Shown: positions 61,901 through 64,000 of the stretch, piece after piece
How positions within the stretch are numbered: the stretch's first letter is position 1
Layout of the letters: the number at the start of each line of letters is the position of its first letter
Source of the DNA: Eledone cirrhosa
Lineage: Eukaryota
DNA length: 64,000 nucleotides
Direction: 5' to 3'
Assembly (NCBI GenBank): GCA_964016885.1
Contig: OZ024742.1
Location: forward strand, 12,648,001 to 12,712,000
Position numbers and translations under genes: made by a program
Notes under the pieces: model-generated
The model's input: the letters and a program-made list of their open reading frames with translations, nothing else
Databases searched by the model: none
Told to the model about the DNA's origin: nothing

Positions 61901-64000
61901 CATGTTTGCCATGCCTGATATAGATTATATCTAAACAGCAAGCCTTGTAAAGAGCCTCATGTTTGCCATGCCTGATATAGATTATATCTAAACAGCAAGC
62001 CTTGTAAAGAGCCTCATGTTTGCCATGCCTGATATAGATTATATCTAAACAGCAGGCAAGCCTTGTAAAGAGCCTCATGTTTGCCATGCCTGATATAGAT
62101 TATATCTAAACAGCAGGCAAGCCTTGTAAAGAGCCTCATGTTTGCCATGCCTGATATAGATTATATCTAAGCAGCAGGCAAGCCTTGTAAAGAGCCTCAT
62201 ATTTGTCATGCCTGATATAGATTATATCTAAACAGCAGGCAAGCCTTGTAAAGAGCCTCATGTTTGCCATGCCTGATATAGATTATATCTAAACAGCAGG
62301 CAAGCCTTGTAAAGGGCCTCATGTTTGCCATGCCTGATATAGATTATATCTAAACAGCAAGCCTTGTAAAGAGCCTCATATTTGCCATGCCTGATATAGA
62401 TTATATCTAAACAGCAGGCAAGCCTTGTAAAGAGCCTCATATTTGCCATGCCTGATATAGATTATATCTAAACAGCAGGCAAGCCTTGTAAAGAGCCTCA
62501 TGTTTGCCATGCCTGATATAGATTATATCTAAACAGCAGGCAAGCCTTGTAAAGGGCCTCATGTGTGCCATGCCTGATATAGAGTATATCTAAACAGCAA
62601 GCCATGTAAAGGGCCTCATGTTTTCCATGCCTGTTATAGATTATATCTAAACAGCAGGCAAGCCTTGTAAAGGGCCTCATGTTTGCCATGCCTGATATAG
62701 ATTATATCTAAACAGCAAGCCTTGTAAAGGGCCTCATGTTTGCCATGCCTGATATAGATTATATCTAAACAGCAGGCAAGACTTGTAAAGGGCCTCATGT
62801 TTGCCATGCCTGATATAGATTATATCTAAACAGCAAGCCTTGTAAAGGGCCTCATGTTTGCCATGCCTGATATAGATTATATCTAAACAGCAAGCCTTGT
62901 AAAGAGCCTCATGTTTGCCATGCCTGATATAGATTATATCTAAACAGCAAGCCTTGTAAAGAGCCTCATGTTTGCCATGCCTGATATAGATTATATCTAA
63001 ACAGCAAGCCTTGTAAAGAGCCTCATGTTTGCCATGCCTGATATAGATTATATCTAAACAGCAAGCCTTGTAAAGAGCCTCATGTTTGCCATGCCTGATA
63101 TAGATTATATCTAAACAGCAAGCCTTGTAAAGGGCCTTATGTTGGCCATACCTGATATAGATTATATCTAAACAGCAGGCAAGCCTTGTAAAGGGCCTCA
63201 TGTTTGCCATGCCTGATATAGATTATATATAAACAGCAAGCCTTGTAAAGGGCCTCATGTTTGCCATGCCTGATATAGATTATATCTAAACAGCAAGCCT
63301 TGTAAAGAGCCTCATGTTTGCCATGCCTGATATAGATTACATCTAAACAGCAGGCAAGCCTTGTAAAGAGTCTTATGTTTGCCATGCCTGATATAGATTA
63401 TATCTAAACAGCAAACCCTGTAAAGAGCCTCATGTTTGCCATGCCTGATATAGATTATATCTAAACAGCAAGCCTTGTAAAGAGCCTCATGTTTGCCATG
63501 CCTGATATAGATTATATCTAAACAGCAAGCCTTGTAAAGAGCCTCATGTTTGCCATGCCTGATATAGATTATATCTAAACAGCAGGCAAGCCTTGTAAAG
63601 AGCCTCATGTTTGCCATGCCTGATATAGATTATATCTGAACAGCAGGCAAGCCTTGTAAAGAGCCTCATGTTTGCCATGCCTGATATAGATTATATCTAA
63701 ACAGCAAGCCTTGTAAAGAGCCTCATATTTGCCATGACTGATATAGATTATATCTAAACAGCAGGCAAGCCTTGTAAAGAGCCTCATATTTGCCATGCCT
63801 GATATAGATTATATCTAAACAGCAGGGAAGCCTTGTAAAGAGCCTCATGTTTGCCATGCCTGATATAGATTATATCTAAACAGCAAGCCATGTAAAGGGC
63901 CTCATGTTTGCCATGCCTGTTATAGATTATATCTAAACAGCAGGCAAGCATTGTAAAGGGCCTCATTTTTGCCATGCCTGATATAGAGTATATCTCAACA
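19903..64000. repeat. Satellite DNA array, 57/61-bp monomers, >=44 kb (~750 units), head-to-tail, continuing off the right edge
   Basis: Consensus CTTGTAAAG(A/G)GCCTCATGTTTGCCATGCCTGATATAGATTATATCTAAACAGCA[GGCA]AG(C/T). Monomers differ by only a few substitutions. No inversion or foreign insertion was seen by eye. Confidence 0.98.

Noticed and set aside
19837-63975. Over a hundred minus-strand ORFs with a 19-aa Cys/His repeat (CCLDIIYIRHGKHEALYKA), superficially like a metal-binding repeat protein
   Set aside because: Artefact of a 57-bp (3x19) monomer with one stop-free frame. The frequent 61-bp units shift the frame constantly, and there is no sign of exon structure or codon-level constraint.
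19903-64000. CRISPR-like array
   Set aside because: No unique spacers (monomers are contiguous and near-identical), no cas genes, and the context is eukaryotic.

Overview
Repeat-dominated animal genomic DNA with no recognisable host gene; the SINE, microsatellite and TE content suggests an octopus or other cephalopod (inference). Bases 1-19.9 kb are a mosaic of transposable elements. They include a decayed Penelope-like (PLE) reverse transcriptase and several PLE terminal-repeat fragments in (TA)n tracts, two of which are inverted repeats carrying type I hammerhead ribozyme motifs on both strands. They also include a GA-rich minisatellite, tRNA-derived SINEs (two with clear TSDs), a young 5'-truncated Tx1/L1-clade LINE, a mariner-type MITE, and a decayed Buster/Charlie-type hAT transposon with a short internally deleted derivative. 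From 19,903 to the window end lies a 44-kb satellite of roughly 750 monomers of 57 or 61 bp with nested higher-order repeats. The main observation is that the monomer appears to be the right terminus of the adjacent hAT derivative (subterminal motif + TIR ...GTTTGCCATGCCTG), followed by an 8-bp NNNTANNN target site (ATATAGAT) and about 18-22 bp of flank. The array therefore looks like a satellite born in place from a transposon/host junction, with ancestral monomer states preserved at its edge. All coordinates and alignments were read by eye.
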